Source: Lama guanicoe (Eukaryota). Taken from it: 64,000 nucleotides of DNA. Position numbers and translations under genes: made by a program. The DNA is taken from positions 4,569,434 through 4,633,433 of the forward strand of contig MU053994.1 of NCBI GenBank assembly GCA_013239625.1, given 5' to 3'. Of this stretch, positions 38,735 to 52,175 are shown in pieces. Within the stretch, counting starts at the first letter, position 1. Every line of letters starts with the position of its first letter. Under the pieces are notes generated by a model. It ran no database searches. It was not told where the DNA came from and saw nothing but the letters and a program-made list of their open reading frames with translations.

Positions 38735-41700
38735 AATAGACTTCATTTTTAAAATAGCTTTAGATTTAAAGAAAAATCGTGAATATAGTACACAGAGTCT
38801 TCATATACCCTGCACTCAATGTCTCTTATTAACACCTTATATTACTATGATACATTTGTCACAATTAAGAAGCCAATATTGATATATTATTATTAACTAA
38901 AGTCAATACTTTATTCAGATTTCCTTAATTTTTACCTAGTGTCCTTTTCATGTTTCACTATACCATCCAGGATACCACATCACGCTTAAGCATCACGTCT
39001 CTTTAAGCTCCTCTTGGCTATTACATTTTTTTTTAGATATTCCATGTTCTGATAGCCTTCACAGTTTGGAGGAGTACTGGCCAGGTGTTTTGTAGAATGT
39101 CTCTCAACTGGGATTTGTCGGATGTTTTTCACAATCAGACTGAGGTTACAGTATTTTGAGAAGACCACATAGAGGTAAAGTGCCATTCTCATCACATCAT
39201 ATCCAAGGTACATACTATCAGCATGACTTATCACTGTCGCTAGAGACCTTGATCACCTGGCTCAGATAGTTTAAAACGGGTTTCTTCACTGTCAAGTTAC
39301 TCTTTTATTGTCCCTTTTCCATACTGTACTCTCACACTCACAGCCCACACTTAAGGAGTGCAGAGTTACACTCCACTTCCTTGAGGGCAGAGTAACTACA
39401 GAAATTACTTGAAATTCTTTTGCATAGATCTATCTATTCTCCCCTGTTTATTTATTTAATCATGTACTAAATCAGTATGAATATAAATATTTATAAGTAT
39501 GTAATTTGGGGGGTACTACTATGATTGATATCATTATTTTAATTTCTTATTCCAATTGCTTCTTGCTGGTATATAGAAAAGCAATTGACTTTTAAATAAT
39601 AATTTTGTGTCCTGTTACTTTGCTGTACTCTATTATTAGTTCTAGGATTTTTTTTTTTTTTAGTGAGGGAGGGATATTCTACATAGACAATCAAGTCACT
39701 TGTGAACAAAGACAGTTTTATTTCTTCCTTCCAAATCAATATACCTTTTCTTTCTGTCTCTAATTAATATCTACCATGTTTGTATCTGTTTTCTATTTGT
39801 TGCTCTTGTTCTTTGTTTCTCACCCCCCCCCCCGTATTTTTGCTGCCTTCTCTGGCTTTAATTGAGCAATTTATATGATTTATTTTCTCTCTGCTTTTTG
39901 TATATCAATTATCCTATTTTTAAAAATATTTTAGCCACTGTTCTAAGGTTTGCAATATTTGTTTTAAACAAATCAAAGTCCACCCTCAAAAACCCTATAA
40001 TCTTTATGTATAGTGCAGTTTCCTTATTCCTCCCCATCCTGTGTGAATCACCACCATAGACTATTATAACCCAATACAGTATTACCATTATTAAATGTTA
40101 AAGTTATCTTTTAGATTAATTAAAAATTTTTAAATAGTTTATTTTTCCTTAACTTATTCTTCCTCTAGTGTTCTTTCTTTTTCATGTAGATCCTTATATC
40201 TGAATTGTATCATTTTCCTTCAGACTAAAAGAACTTATTTTAATGTTTCTCGCAAAGCAAGTCTACTGGCAATGAATTCCCTCAGGTTTTGCTTGCCTGA
40301 AAAAGTCTTTACTTCTCTTTCACTTTGAAACATAATTTCACTGGATATAGAATTCTAGGTTGGTGGAGCTTTTTTTTTTCTTTTAACATTTTATATATTT
40401 CACTCCGCTCTCTTCTTGCCTGTGTGGTTTCTGTGAGAAGCCCCCTGTAATGCCGATCCTTGTTCCTTTTATAGATAAGGTGTATTTTTCCCCTCTGGTT
40501 TCATTCAAGATTTTCTCCTTGTCTTTGCTTCTCTGCAGTTTGAATATGACATGACTATGTGTGGGGATTTGGGAGGCATTTTTCCTTCTTGCTATTCTCT
40601 GAGCTTCATGGATCAATGGTTCAGTGACTGTAATTAATTTTTAAAAGTTCTTGGACATCATTCCATTATTTCTCCTTCTGTGTTCTCTCTCTTTTTCTCC
40701 CCCTTGTACAATAATCATACATATATCGTATCTTTTCAAAGTGTCCCAGATTTCTTACATGTCTGTTCTGTGCATTCTTTCACTCATTTTCTCTTTGCAT
40801 TTCAGCTTGAGGAGTTTCTATTGATGTATCTTCAAGCTCACTGATTATTTCGTCAGCTATGTCAGTCTATCAGTGAGCCCATCAAAGAAAGGCAGTCTTC
40901 ATTTCTGTTACAATGTTTTTGACTTCTAGCACTTCCTTTCAATTCTTTCTTACAGTTTCTATCTCTCTTGTTACATCACTCATCTATTCTTGCACATTGT
41001 GTACTTTTTCCGTTAGAGCCCTTAATATATTAATCATAATTTTAAATCCTCTATCTGATGATTTCAACATGTGTGTCATATCTGAGTCTGTTTTTGATAA
41101 TTGCTTTGTCTCTTCAGACTGAGTTTTTTCTTGCTTGTTTGCATATCTTGCATTTTTTTCTTGAAAGCTAGACATGATGCATCAGGTAACAGGAACTGGG
41201 ATAAACAGGCCTGTAGTATGAGGATTTACATTAATCTGGCTCAGAGTTGGGCTGTGTGTAATGTTTATTATAGCTGTAGGTGATGGAGGCTTCAAATTTC
41301 TCTAATACCCTTGTTTTTGTCTCCCCTGTTGTATTTTGGGCTCCCCTAAAAATTCCTTCTTAGAGAGAACCTGTGTCTTGACACTCTTTCAGCTGTAATC
41401 CTGTTATACTGAAGCCCTGTTGGTGTGGTGGTAAATTATGGGGAATGGGGATAATTTTATAATCTTATACTTAAATCCCAGTATTTTATTTGGGCCAATA
41501 TCTCTGGGGATGTGACCTTCACAAGTGTTTCTCAGCTTTTTTATCCTTCTTAAATGAGACAGGACAGCTGCACAGGGCTAGAGTCGGAGCAATGCCCTTA
41601 CCCCAGGTGAATTAAGGTTCTGGTAGTTTTTCCCTTGGAGAGGAGCCCTTTATTATCAGGAGTGCTCTGGGACTATTTCACAATGATTCCTTTCCCCTCC

Positions 41701-42110
41701 TCTTTCCAGGGCTGAGAGGATCTCTTTCTTGACTATTCACCATGAAATAACGGGGTTCCTAGAGGTAAAATCCAGGAAGGTGTAGGGGTTCCCAAAGAAA
41801 TGTGGTCTCCAAGTGTTTATCACTCTCATGTTAGTCCATGATCCCTCCAGTAATTCATCAAAATAATTATCTGTATTCCTACCATTTTATGGCTCCAGTA
41901 GCCCCCACTCTGGGTAAGGAAATCTTGCCAATGTCTCTCTAGATTCACTTCTCTCTCCATATTTCTGGGTGGTAGTTTATCCTATGACCTTAGTTTTTTG
42001 AAAGGTCCAAGACAGTTCATTGATTTTTCAGTTTGTTCAGCTTTTATTTTTTTAAGGGTGGGACGACTTACTTAGAAGTTCTTTACACGTCAGAGCTAAC
42101 ACTGGAAATC
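38735..42110 (-). mobile_element. Antisense old L1 (L1MC/MD-like): 3' UTR 38735-~39480, short RT fragment ~39530-39750, ORF1 and 5' end to ~42110
   Basis: ORF 40383-40616 (IHEAQR...HVIFKLQRSKDKEKIL) is L1 ORF1-like. ORF 39539-39739 (KEEIKLSLFTSDLIVY) is RT-like. The 5'-end motif at ~42075-42110 mirrors 2872-2910. Confidence 0.82.
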
Positions 42111-42759
42111 TGGGTTATTTATTGCCCCCTCTCCCCGCTATTCCTTCCAATAAAGATCTCACCACTGAGCCAGATGGAAACCTGGTATCTGCCTATGAAA
42201 GTCTTCAACATCACATATCCCAGAGCCTCAAACAGCTCCATAAACCAATCACTTTAAGAAACCACTGATCTAGACTACAGGAAATAATGGACCCATCATA
42301 ACAACAAATAGTGTCTAAAGATTAGGTATCAAAATGGTTTTGTCTTTAATAACCTCTTGATAAATTTCAGTTCCTGGATGGCATTCACAGAATTAATTCA
42401 TCAAATGTCTTAGGGCTGGGGTCCTGAATTTTCTATCTGTGTTCTTGGTCTAGTTTATTTAATATCTTTATGCCTCAGTTTTTAACATCTGTAAATTGGG
42501 GATACTAGTAATTACCATGAATAGTTTTGTGACTATTAAATGAGATAATATATTTAGCAGTGCAAAATACTCAAGAATTTGACTCCTGTTCATTATCTCT
42601 TCAATATTATAAAGATTAATATGACATACATTAATTATAATTTAATGTAAATAGTTGAAAATAATAGGAATGCAGTTCACATTAGCCCAGTAAAACCCAA
42701 GATGCTTTTGAAACTCTTTACAAGAGAGCACCATAACCAAGAACACAAGAAAAATGAAG

Positions 42760-43620
42760 GCCCTCTTACAATGCAAAACATATCAAACTACTCTCTGCTT
42801 GAAAACCTTTAAAAAACAGACAACCTAATAGGAAAATGGGCAAAACACTTGAAAAAGAAGTTTTTAAAAAAGATATCCAAATGGCCAATAATATGTGAAT
42901 ATATATGTGCTCAATGTCATTAGTCATCAGGGGAGAGTAAATTTTAAATGCTAATAGATAACATCGAGGATTGGCAAGAATATAGAGCAACTGAAACTCT
43001 CATATACTACTGGTGGGTATATAAATTGTTAGAATTTCTTTGGGAAACTTTTTTTTAGTACCTAGTAAAGATATACATGCCCTACAACCTAGAAATTCCA
43101 CTACTATGTTTGTAGCCAACATGAATTTGTACATCTACTCAACAAAACATGTATAAGAATGTTCATAGCAGAACTATTGCTAATATCCCACATGTGGAAA
43201 CTATATAATGCTCATCAATGGTAAAATGGATAAACAAACTCTGTTAAATTTACACAATGAATATTGTGTAGCAATGAGAATGAATGAACTATACACAAAT
43301 GTATGCAACAATAAAGGATGGCTCTCATATAATAACATCGAGGAAAAGAACTCACACAAAAGAACACTTAATATATGATTCCATTTACAAAAATTTCAAA
43401 AGCATCCAAAAAATTGGTGTTAGGAGTCAGGTTTATAGTTTCCCTTGGGGAAATGAGGTAGTCAGAGGCACAAGGTGGGCTCTTTCAAGATGCTGGTAAT
43501 GTAGTTTTTGATCTGGATGCTGGCTATACAAGTGGTTTTATGTTGTCAAAGTTTATTGACCTCTTTACATAATTTTTGTCCTTATCTCTATGTGTGCTAA
43601 ATTTCAATAAAAACACCAAA
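42760..43620 (+). mobile_element. L1ME-like 3' end
   Basis: 'gatatccaaatggccaataa', 'aagaatgttcatagcag', 'gatgctggtaatgtagtttttgatctggatgctgg', AATAAA near 43606. Confidence 0.75.
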
Positions 43621-44379
43621 AATTGTAGTAAATCATTGGGTCCCCAGAATGCCACCCACACACACAGCTTGGCAGTTGAGGGGATCTATGATGTGATCCA
43701 GTTCTCCAAAATCACCCTTCAACACTTACCCCATATCAATATCTTTTGTTCCAGCCATATTTTACCTCTTGAAATTTCCAAAATTATAAATGCCATCCCC
43801 TGCCTTTGACTCTTTTTATTAAGCAAGCCAAGATTGCCTTGAGGATAATGGGGTGTGAACGAGGAGAGAGTAAGGATAATACAGTCTTATGGAAAAAGAA
43901 TCTTAACCAATCTTTGAGGTCCTAACTCAAGTAACATCTCATCTTCAAAGCCTTCCTTCAATCTTCAGTTGGAAGTATATTTATCTATTCTAGGCCACCA
44001 GAGTTTTAAACACTTCTCTGCTATAGTTCTTATCCTGCTATATTGTAAATGTTTCCTTCCCTGTATTAACCTTATAATCATGACCTTGATGTCATAATAA
44101 TGCCTCAATTCATTTCAGTATTCCAAATGTTTAGAGTGCTTGTTTCATGCTAAGCACCATGCTATGTTTGATGAAAGAATGGATGCTTGAATGTATGAAT
44201 GGATTATCCAGTCATGATATATTAGCTCCAAAAGGAACCTTGGCAATCCAGTCCACAGTTTTCATGGTATCCATAGAATATGGAATTACCCACAGTCACA
44301 TGACTGGTTACCTGGAGATAGGACCAGAACTTAATCTATTCTTTGGCCACTGTTTCTCACTGTTTATTTCTATATATTT

Positions 44380-44965
44380 TTAAAAATTTATTTAAACAAA
44401 ATATTAGACTTACAAAGAAGTTGCAGAAATAGCCTGGAGAGCTACCACAGACTCTTCACTCAGCATCTTCTACTAACATCTTATATAACCGTAAAACAAT
44501 TATCAAAACTAGGAAATCAATGGTTTTGATACAATTTTATCAACTTTTCCACAAAAGTTCTATTCCTGTGCCAGGATCTAATTCAGGAGTCTATATTGGA
44601 TTTAGTTTTCATGACTCTTTCATTTCCTCTAGTCTGAGGTAGTTCCTCAGTCTTTCCTTGCTTTTTATAACCTTGACAATTTTGAAGAATACTAAAGAGT
44701 AGTGAGGACATATTGAAGGATCCATTTTGTAGAATGCCCCTCAATATGGGTTTGTGTAATGTTTTCTCATGATTTTATTGAGGTTAAGCATTTACACAGA
44801 AGTGATGTGCCCTTCTTAGTGCATCTTATCAGGGAAAATATGATGTCAACATATGTCATTACTGATGATGGTCATCTTGATCAGTTGGTTATGTATGCTG
44901 TGTTTTTTCACTGTATGGTTATTACTACTCTTTGTTATTAATAAATATCTTAGAGGAGATACTTC
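44380..44965 (-). mobile_element. L1MC-like 3' UTR fragment
   Basis: 'ttagacttacaaagaagttgcagaaatag...ttttgtagaatgcccctcaatatgggtttg'. Similar to 38735-39300. Confidence 0.7.
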
Positions 44966-45080
44966 AAGTCTGTGCCTGCCCAAATGTGGCAGTTGTTGTC
45001 TCCAAAATCTAAAAAGGCCAATCTCCAGCGTGTTACCAAGGCACCCTGTATTTACATCTATCGTAGAATTAGTTCACTGC

Positions 45081-45260
45081 AATCTAAAAAAAAAAGACAC
45101 AAATGAACTTATTTACAAAACAGAAACAGACTCACAGACATGGAAAACAAACTTATGGTTACCAAAGGACAAAGGGAGAGGGGAGGGATGAATTATGAGT
45201 TTGGAATTAACATATACACACTACTATATATAAAATAGATAAGCAACAAGGACCTACTGT
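45081..45260 (+). mobile_element. Internal fragment of a young L1 3' UTR, truncated at both ends, no poly(A)
   Basis: Closely matches the reverse complement of ~50110-50290. Stops at 'gacctactgt', whereas other copies continue 'atagcacagg'. Confidence 0.9.
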
Positions 45261-46169
45261 CTAAAAATCAATTACATTACAGTAAGAAAAGCAAAAGCAT
45301 TAGCTCACTGCAGAGCAAGAATCTCTGTCTCTTCCACATATCTGGGAGCTCCTTTAGAGCAGAATGTGTCTTTCTCTATCGTTACAGTTCTTAGCTTTTT
45401 GAAGCTACTCTCATAAGACCTTGGGCAAATTGTTACTCAGCCTATGAGCCTTAGCAACAACTACCACATTTGGGCGAGCTGTTCAGACCCATTTGCCAGC
45501 TAACCCATGAGGTGTCAGCTTTAAGTGTGCTCTTCTAGAGCAAGAAAAGCCTTTGCAGCAGGTCCAGGGTGTTGTATTAGCTTCCCTGTCACTGCGGTCT
45601 TAAGAGCCAGCATTCTCAAGGTTATTTGAAAATGTCTGTGGCAAATAGAGATTGTATATTGAGCCTCTGAAAATCTCCCTTAGGATTACTGTGAGAGTTA
45701 AAGGAATTAATACATTTTAAGTGCTTAGAACAGGGGCTGAAACTAAGCACTCAATAAATATTAGTGTTTATTTATTATTATTGAAGAAACTCTTTAATAT
45801 CTGGTTGAGTAAATCGATGAATCGATGAACAAGAGTAAGAGAAAAGCTGGAAGGCAAAGGAAAATGGTCTACCTATCACGTGAGGTCTAGTAACTACAAC
45901 TAAGTTCACAGGGTTACATGAACTTGAAAACACTGGTTCTTAACTATAGAGTTTGGTTACATAATCAGTGATTTCTTACTAGCAATACTATATGATACAC
46001 TGTAAGTGATGTTATATATTTGTATGCAGTAATGACTGGGTAGATCACTATTACTTTTTAAATCTCAGAAAAACTACATTTGGCAATGTTTCTTATTACT
46101 CAAAATTTCTGCTTACTCCATGGAGAGAAGCTTGTTAGAATGCAAAGACCAGGGATCTCTTTTGGAGCA

Positions 46170-47200
46170 GCAGTCTTCAAAGTGAGGTGCTTACACTCAA
46201 AAAGGATGCAAGATGATCCAATATGGGATCCTGAATTGCATCCTGGAACAGGAATAAGACTTTAGTAGGAAAGGGGAGGGAAGAAATATTAGAATTTCTT
46301 GTTTATCTATGAATGATTTAAAAAGGAAGGAAGAAAACTACTACTGTTTACTATGAGGTAAGCTTACTTGGTCCATAAGTCTAGAGTCACAGACAACTCA
46401 CGGATTCAGCAGTGCTCCCCACACAGGTTGCATGATGCAGCATGTTACAATAGATTGCTGTTTACACCCACACAGTTCAGATGAATGAGTCATATCACCT
46501 GGTTTTAACTAAATAAATCCTCATAAAGTGGCTAAGGAGCTAGAAATTATTTCTGCCAGATAGATCGATAGATAGAGGAAGCATGCTGAATGTAACATTA
46601 ATAGTATAAACTCAAGCAAACAAAAATAAAACAGGAAGGCTAAAACTTCTGCTCCTAGTATGAGCTCTTCATTAGACAGAAAACAGTATTTTAAAAAAAA
46701 TAATCACTTAATGATATCTGACCAGAAGCTGACAACAAACTTGCAGAATTAACAATAAGACTATTTGAAATATGGATTTACATCTACTATTGCTAACAAC
46801 AAACCTCTCCCAAAGTGTCTATTTTATGTCAAAGCCCTTGTAATGAATAATTTCAACTAGACAGTTGTTAAATCAAAGACATAAGTGAACTAAATCTCGA
46901 GCTAGGTGTTTAATCACTGTATTATAATGTTAAGCTGAAATTTCAAAATTATTCAAATTTGTAGTGAATTTCTTCAGCTCTAGGAGTGACTGGAAAGATT
47001 CGCTATGCATATAAACATTCAATTTAGCAAATTTAGGAACAGACTATATATTAAGCAATAGAAGAAGATAGTAAATGATGTATTATCATATAATGGAATA
47101 TTAGATTGACATTTAAAGTCACAATTCTAACATCTATGTATCTATTATTGAACTATGCTTACAACATTTGTAAATAAACTTTTCAGTGTATGTGTGTTAA
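46170..47200 (+). mobile_element. hAT-Charlie (Charlie2-like) DNA transposon remnant with a transposase N-terminal fragment
   Basis: 46759-46845 translates DYLKYGFTSTIANNKPLPKCLFY, which resembles the 'YLxYGF...P.C..C' motif of Charlie/Buster transposases. TIR-like start 'cagcagtcttcaaagtg'. 3' boundary uncertain. Confidence 0.65.
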
Positions 47201-49204
47201 AACTATAATATAAAAATTACTTGAAAGTAAATAAAAGTTGAAAATAGTGTATGTAAAATAAGAGATTATGAATGATTTCCTTCATTATTATTATCATTGT
47301 TATGGTGACTGACATACGGTGCATGGTTTAAAAGAGAAAAAAAATTAAAAGGAAACTGAACCATTAAATGTACCTAATCTGTAAATTTTATAAAATGTGC
47401 TGCAGCTGAAAATACAGTATATTCAACAATCATAGTGTTATACAAACGCGTGTGTTTACCTTTCAGTTACTAGTTCCCCAAGGGCAGCTTCTTCCTTACA
47501 AAGAGTTTTTCACAGATCCACCTTTTGTTCTGAAGTGGAAGTGAACCATTTCCTCAGCTATTGTCAAATCCTTAATTTTCCCAAAGGGAAATTTCCTGAA
47601 ACGATTCTTTTCTGATTTTTTCCCTCTCTGCTTGCTCCTGCTCAGTATGTGGTCTCCTGTGTAGCCATTCTTCCTTTGTCCATCCCTTAAAAATCACTGG
47701 CGTCTGGGGTTCTGTCCCTGAACCACTTCACTCGTCAGTCTATACCCTAGTTCTAGGCAAATTCATCAATTTCTGCAGATTCACATACCACATGGCTGTA
47801 TACTGATGATTCTTAAATCCATTACTCCAGATCTCTCCCCACATATTTCATCTGATTGCCTTATAGGCTACTCAGGTGTAATGTGTCTAGAGCTGCATTC
47901 GTTTCTCACCATCCCTACCTCTTCCACTTCTCTCCCTCCATCCGCTGCATTGCCTATTTCCATGAAAGGTGGCATCAACCCCATCACCAGCCATCCCAGA
48001 TTCGCCCCTTTATTTAAGTTCCCAAATCTAATCAGCCACAGACCAGATGATTGCACCTCTATGACATATCCTGAATCTGGACCTTGGAGATACAGATGTT
48101 GGGGGTGTTCCTATGGAAGGAATAACCAGAATCATAGCAGAGGTTGAGAATAATGCAGACGCTGAGGAGGAGGGCCCTCTGAGGAAGAACCTTTTTCAAG
48201 GGATGATTTGTGAAAGTGGAGATTTAAAAAGGAGGGAAATTAAGTGCATCACATACATGAGAGATGTTTGATAAAGCCAACTGGGAAGTGCCCAGTGGAT
48301 TTGACAGGAAGGGGGAGGCCACAGAGCAGTTTGAATAGTGGGGATGGGGGAGAGTGGGTTGGGCAGCTCCATCTACCCTTCCAGTGACAAAAGGGATGCG
48401 AAAGACTGGTGAGAAGTTAAGGGGTCAAATATTTGTTTAAAAAATCTTTGTAAAACTTTAGGGTCACCGGACTGTTATCTTTTGCACACCCACAAAACCC
48501 TGTTGGCACCAACTGGTATTTTTGCTCAACACTGTTGATTATTTGGTTGAATCATCCTGAACCGTATTTCTTTCCAGGATGTGTTCTTACTACCAAGAGA
48601 AGAGTTAACCTGTAACGCTAAATTGCTCTGGTCTAAACTGAAGTCACTTACTGCCACCTAGAAATAAACAGTCCTTTCCCAATATACTGTTTATCCAGAA
48701 GATAGAGAAGGAAACTGTCCTATTTCATCTAGGCTAAAAAGTGCTATTTTAGTAAATTACATTTTAACTTGTCTGTAATTGTGACGTGCCTTGCTGTCAA
48801 TGCCTACATTTAAAGTGGTAAGTTCCTTTCTTTTCTCTTTTGAGACAAACCTGGTATTAAGTCGATGGTACATTTTACAATCCACAGCACCTTGCCAGCT
48901 ACTTCCACCCAGCCCTGTGTTAGTGATACTTTTCTCTCTGGATTAGACTGTAATTACCATCATTACTCAGCGCACTAACAGAGCAATGCTTACCCACTCA
49001 GCTCTTCCCAGTGTGGTAAAACCAGTGCCACTCTTCTCTAATGTTCTTATTTCCAATCTATTGTATCATTCAGTATCCCACCTCACTTTCCTACTTTTTA
49101 TTTGCACTGGCAGGTTAACTATATTTGCACCTCCTCACTGGTCACTTATGCAACTCTAATAATAAGAAAATCAATTATCATAAAGTCAGAAATGAGCTGG
49201 AACC

Positions 49205-49413
49205 CTGACAGGCATATGTAGAACAGGTAAACAAGATTATACTGTATAGCACAGAGAAATACATACAAGATCTTGTGGTAGGTCGCAGCAAAAAAAAAAA
49301 TGTGACAATGAATATATGTATGTTCATGTATAACTGAAAAATTGTGCTCTACACTGGAATTTGATACAACATTGTAAAATGACTATAACTCAATAAAAAA
49401 ATGTAAAAAAAAT
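49205..49413 (+). mobile_element. Short 5'-truncated young camelid-type L1 3' end with 15-bp TSD
   Basis: 'aaacaagattatactgtatagcacagagaaatacatacaagatcttgtgg...gactataactcaataaaaaa'. TSD aaatgagctggaacc (49190-49204) / aaatgagatggaacc (49414-49428). Confidence 0.92.
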
Positions 49414-49945
49414 AAATGAGATGGAACCAAATTGACACCAGCAAAAATCCCACAGAGTACCACAAAAGGAACGTATTTCAAAGGCTATAGAGGTGAGTTT
49501 TAGTTTGCACTGAGAAATTGGCTCTCCAGCAAGCCACAGTGTGGGAAAGAAGGACTGATGTATAGGTTTTGCCAATTTTCTTGATGTAAATACTCCACCA
49601 TAACCTATTTCAGGCTACCAACATTTGCAAAATTCCAGAAGATTTAAAAACCAGCTCTCGTTAGCCAAAATAGATAGGATCCAACACAACACTGGGACCA
49701 TGACACGCTGGTGACTCAGCTGCCTCCTCTCATACTCCTCAGCTCACTCCTAACAATGCCATGACATTTGAAAAGAACCATAGGATGTCTGGAATTTGTG
49801 GCTCTCTACAACAGGAGGAACCTGGAAACCAGAAGGAATAAGACATATGGGTTGGCCTTAGGTTCATTTTCCTGCCAACAATGTCATCATCTTAATTTAC
49901 CAAACTCTACTCCATGGTCATCTGGAATTTTATCCATAAAATCTT

Positions 49946-50744
49946 TTTTACATTTTCTTTAATTGAAGTATCATCAGTTTACAATGTTCTGTCCATTTCT
50001 GGTGTACATCAGAATGTTTCGGGCATACATATGCATACATCTATTTTTTTCATATACTTTTTCATTATAGGTTACTACAAGATAGTGAAGATAGTTCCCT
50101 GTGCTATACAGTAGGGCCTTGTTGTTTATCTATTTTCTATATAGTAGTTAGTATGTGCAAATCTTGAACTCCCAATTTATGCCTTCCCATCCCCTTCCCC
50201 TCCTGGTAACCGTAAGTTTGTTTTCTATGTCTGTGAGTCTGTTTCTGTTTTGTAAATAAGTTCATTTGTGTCTTTTTTTCTTTTTTTTAGTTTCCACATA
50301 TAAGTGACATGATACGGTATTTTTCTTTCTCTTTCTGGCTTACTTCACTTAGAATGACAATCTCCAGGTCCATCCATGTTGCTGCAAATGGCATTATTTT
50401 ATTCTTTTATGGCTGAGTAGTATTTCATTGTATAAATATAGCATATTAAATACACTGCATCTTCTTTATCCAGTCATCTGTCAATGGACATTTAGGTTGC
50501 TTCCATGTCTTGGCTATTGTAAACAGTGCTGCTATGAACACTGGGGTGCATGTATCTTTTTGAATTAAGGTTCCCTCTGGATATATGCCCAGGAGTGGGA
50601 TTGCTGGATCATATGGCAAGTCTATTTTTGGTCTTTTAAGGAATCTCCATACTGTTTTCCATAATGGCTGCAACAAACTACATTCTCACCAGCAGTGTAG
50701 GAAGGTTCCCTTTTCTCCACAGCCTCTCCAGCATTAATCATTTG
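49946..50744 (-). mobile_element. 5'-truncated young L1 (ORF2 C-terminus + 3' UTR) with perfect 16-bp TSD TTATCCATAAAATCTT
   Basis: ORF 50446-50676 ([31 protein letters not shown]...ALFTIAKTWKQPKCP) is the L1 ORF2 C-terminus. TSD at 49930-49945 and 50745-50760. Confidence 0.96.
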
Positions 50745-51256
50745 TTATCCATAAAATCTTCAATGAAAAGTATTCTATTGGCAGGGGCCCCTCATTGTGA
50801 CTATAAGGTCAGGCTCTAGTTGTTTGAATTAGAAAATATAGATACATTGTAAGGGTTTAAGAAGTTTGCTGAATCTCCAGAAAGACCAGGGAAACTGATT
50901 TGGATGCTACAAAATGAGAAATAATAATAAACAGGAGACACACCTAGGCACATCATAGGATTCCTTTGGCAGAAACTTCACTAGTGTCCTCGCCTGACAG
51001 AAAGTCGTTGACACCTAAGCTGCCCCAGAAGAACCCAGTGCCTCCACTTTAGCTAAAACCAAGATCAAATCCTGACAACTACACTTAGTACTGTGATCTT
51101 AAGTAACTTATATAACCTATTGAGTCTCTTTTGTAGTAAATGGGTGCAATTCTCTATCAGACGTATCTTTTGAACTCCCGCAGATTTACTCTGCCTCACT
51201 TTTCTCTTGATCTCAGCTACCGGCTTCACTTCCATCACCTTGGCCATGGGGCCAAC

Positions 51257-51652
51257 TGTGGCAGCCACGGAAGTGCGCTGCTCTTACCTCCCCTCAAAAA
51301 AGAACTTGCCCATCAGCTACAAGGAGCTTAGTTAGCTGATGCTCTCTGTCATCACTCTAGCTTTTGAGCTGAGACCACACTGTTCCCAGGCAGCCCCTAG
51401 CCAATGACTGGCTGTCCGGAGGGGTTGGCTGAGACTTTGTCAGGTCAGCATCGGGCTTGAGGCTTCCCCGCCCTAATCCTTCTTCCTCTCCCTTCCCTGT
51501 CACAGGCGTCAGGTCTGCATTGTGGTCTGAGGGCTTTCTCTGCTGGATCCTGCTTCCTCCTGCTTCATCTTTCCTAAGCATTTACCCCTTCAATAAACTT
51601 CACACGTTCTTAATTCCATTTCAGCATCTGCTTCCCTGAGGACCCCTCTGAC
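51257..51652 (+). mobile_element. ERVL solo LTR (LTR16C-like)
   Basis: 'tgtggcagccacgg...aagaacttgcccatcagctacaaggagcttagttagctga', AATAAA at ~51592, end 'catctgcttccctgaggacccctctgaca'. Confidence 0.75.
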
Positions 51653-51655
51653 AGA

Positions 51656-52175
51656 GTGACAGGCTGGCATGGTTCTGCTGCCTGAAGCTGAGAAGCCCCA
51701 CGTTTGGAGCCCCTGGCTCCTTCGGCACGTGTACGCTCCAGTGAAACGCCACATCTCAAGGAGTGGTGGCTTCTGGAGCGGTTGCTCCAAGGGCTTGATG
51801 AGGCAGTGAACACCACCTCCAGAACAAACTGTAACCAATGGGCCACAGAAGATGGAAGGAGTCAGGCAAATAAATTTCCTCTCCCTTTCTCCCTCTGATA
51901 GAATGTTCCAAAACATGTCTTCACCACACAGGCTGTTCAGAGATGCCTCACAGATCTGACCGGGTGGACTTGTTGAGCAATCAGGTGTGTCTCTTCAGGG
52001 CTTGTGATGAAACAGCAGCCAGTTCAGTAATAAATCCCTTTGCTTTGTTTATTAGCCTTTCCTGCCCATTTCCCTTTTCCCTCATTCTCACTGTTCTGAG
52101 AACGCCTCTCCCATAGAAAACATTAACCCTTCATCCTTGCCCAAGGTTCTGACTGCCAGGGAAACCCAGATAATA
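51656..52175 (+). mobile_element. ERVL solo LTR (LTR41/LTR33-group-like)
   Basis: End 'atccttgcccaaggttctgactgccagggaaacccag'. Abuts the previous LTR. Confidence 0.5.
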
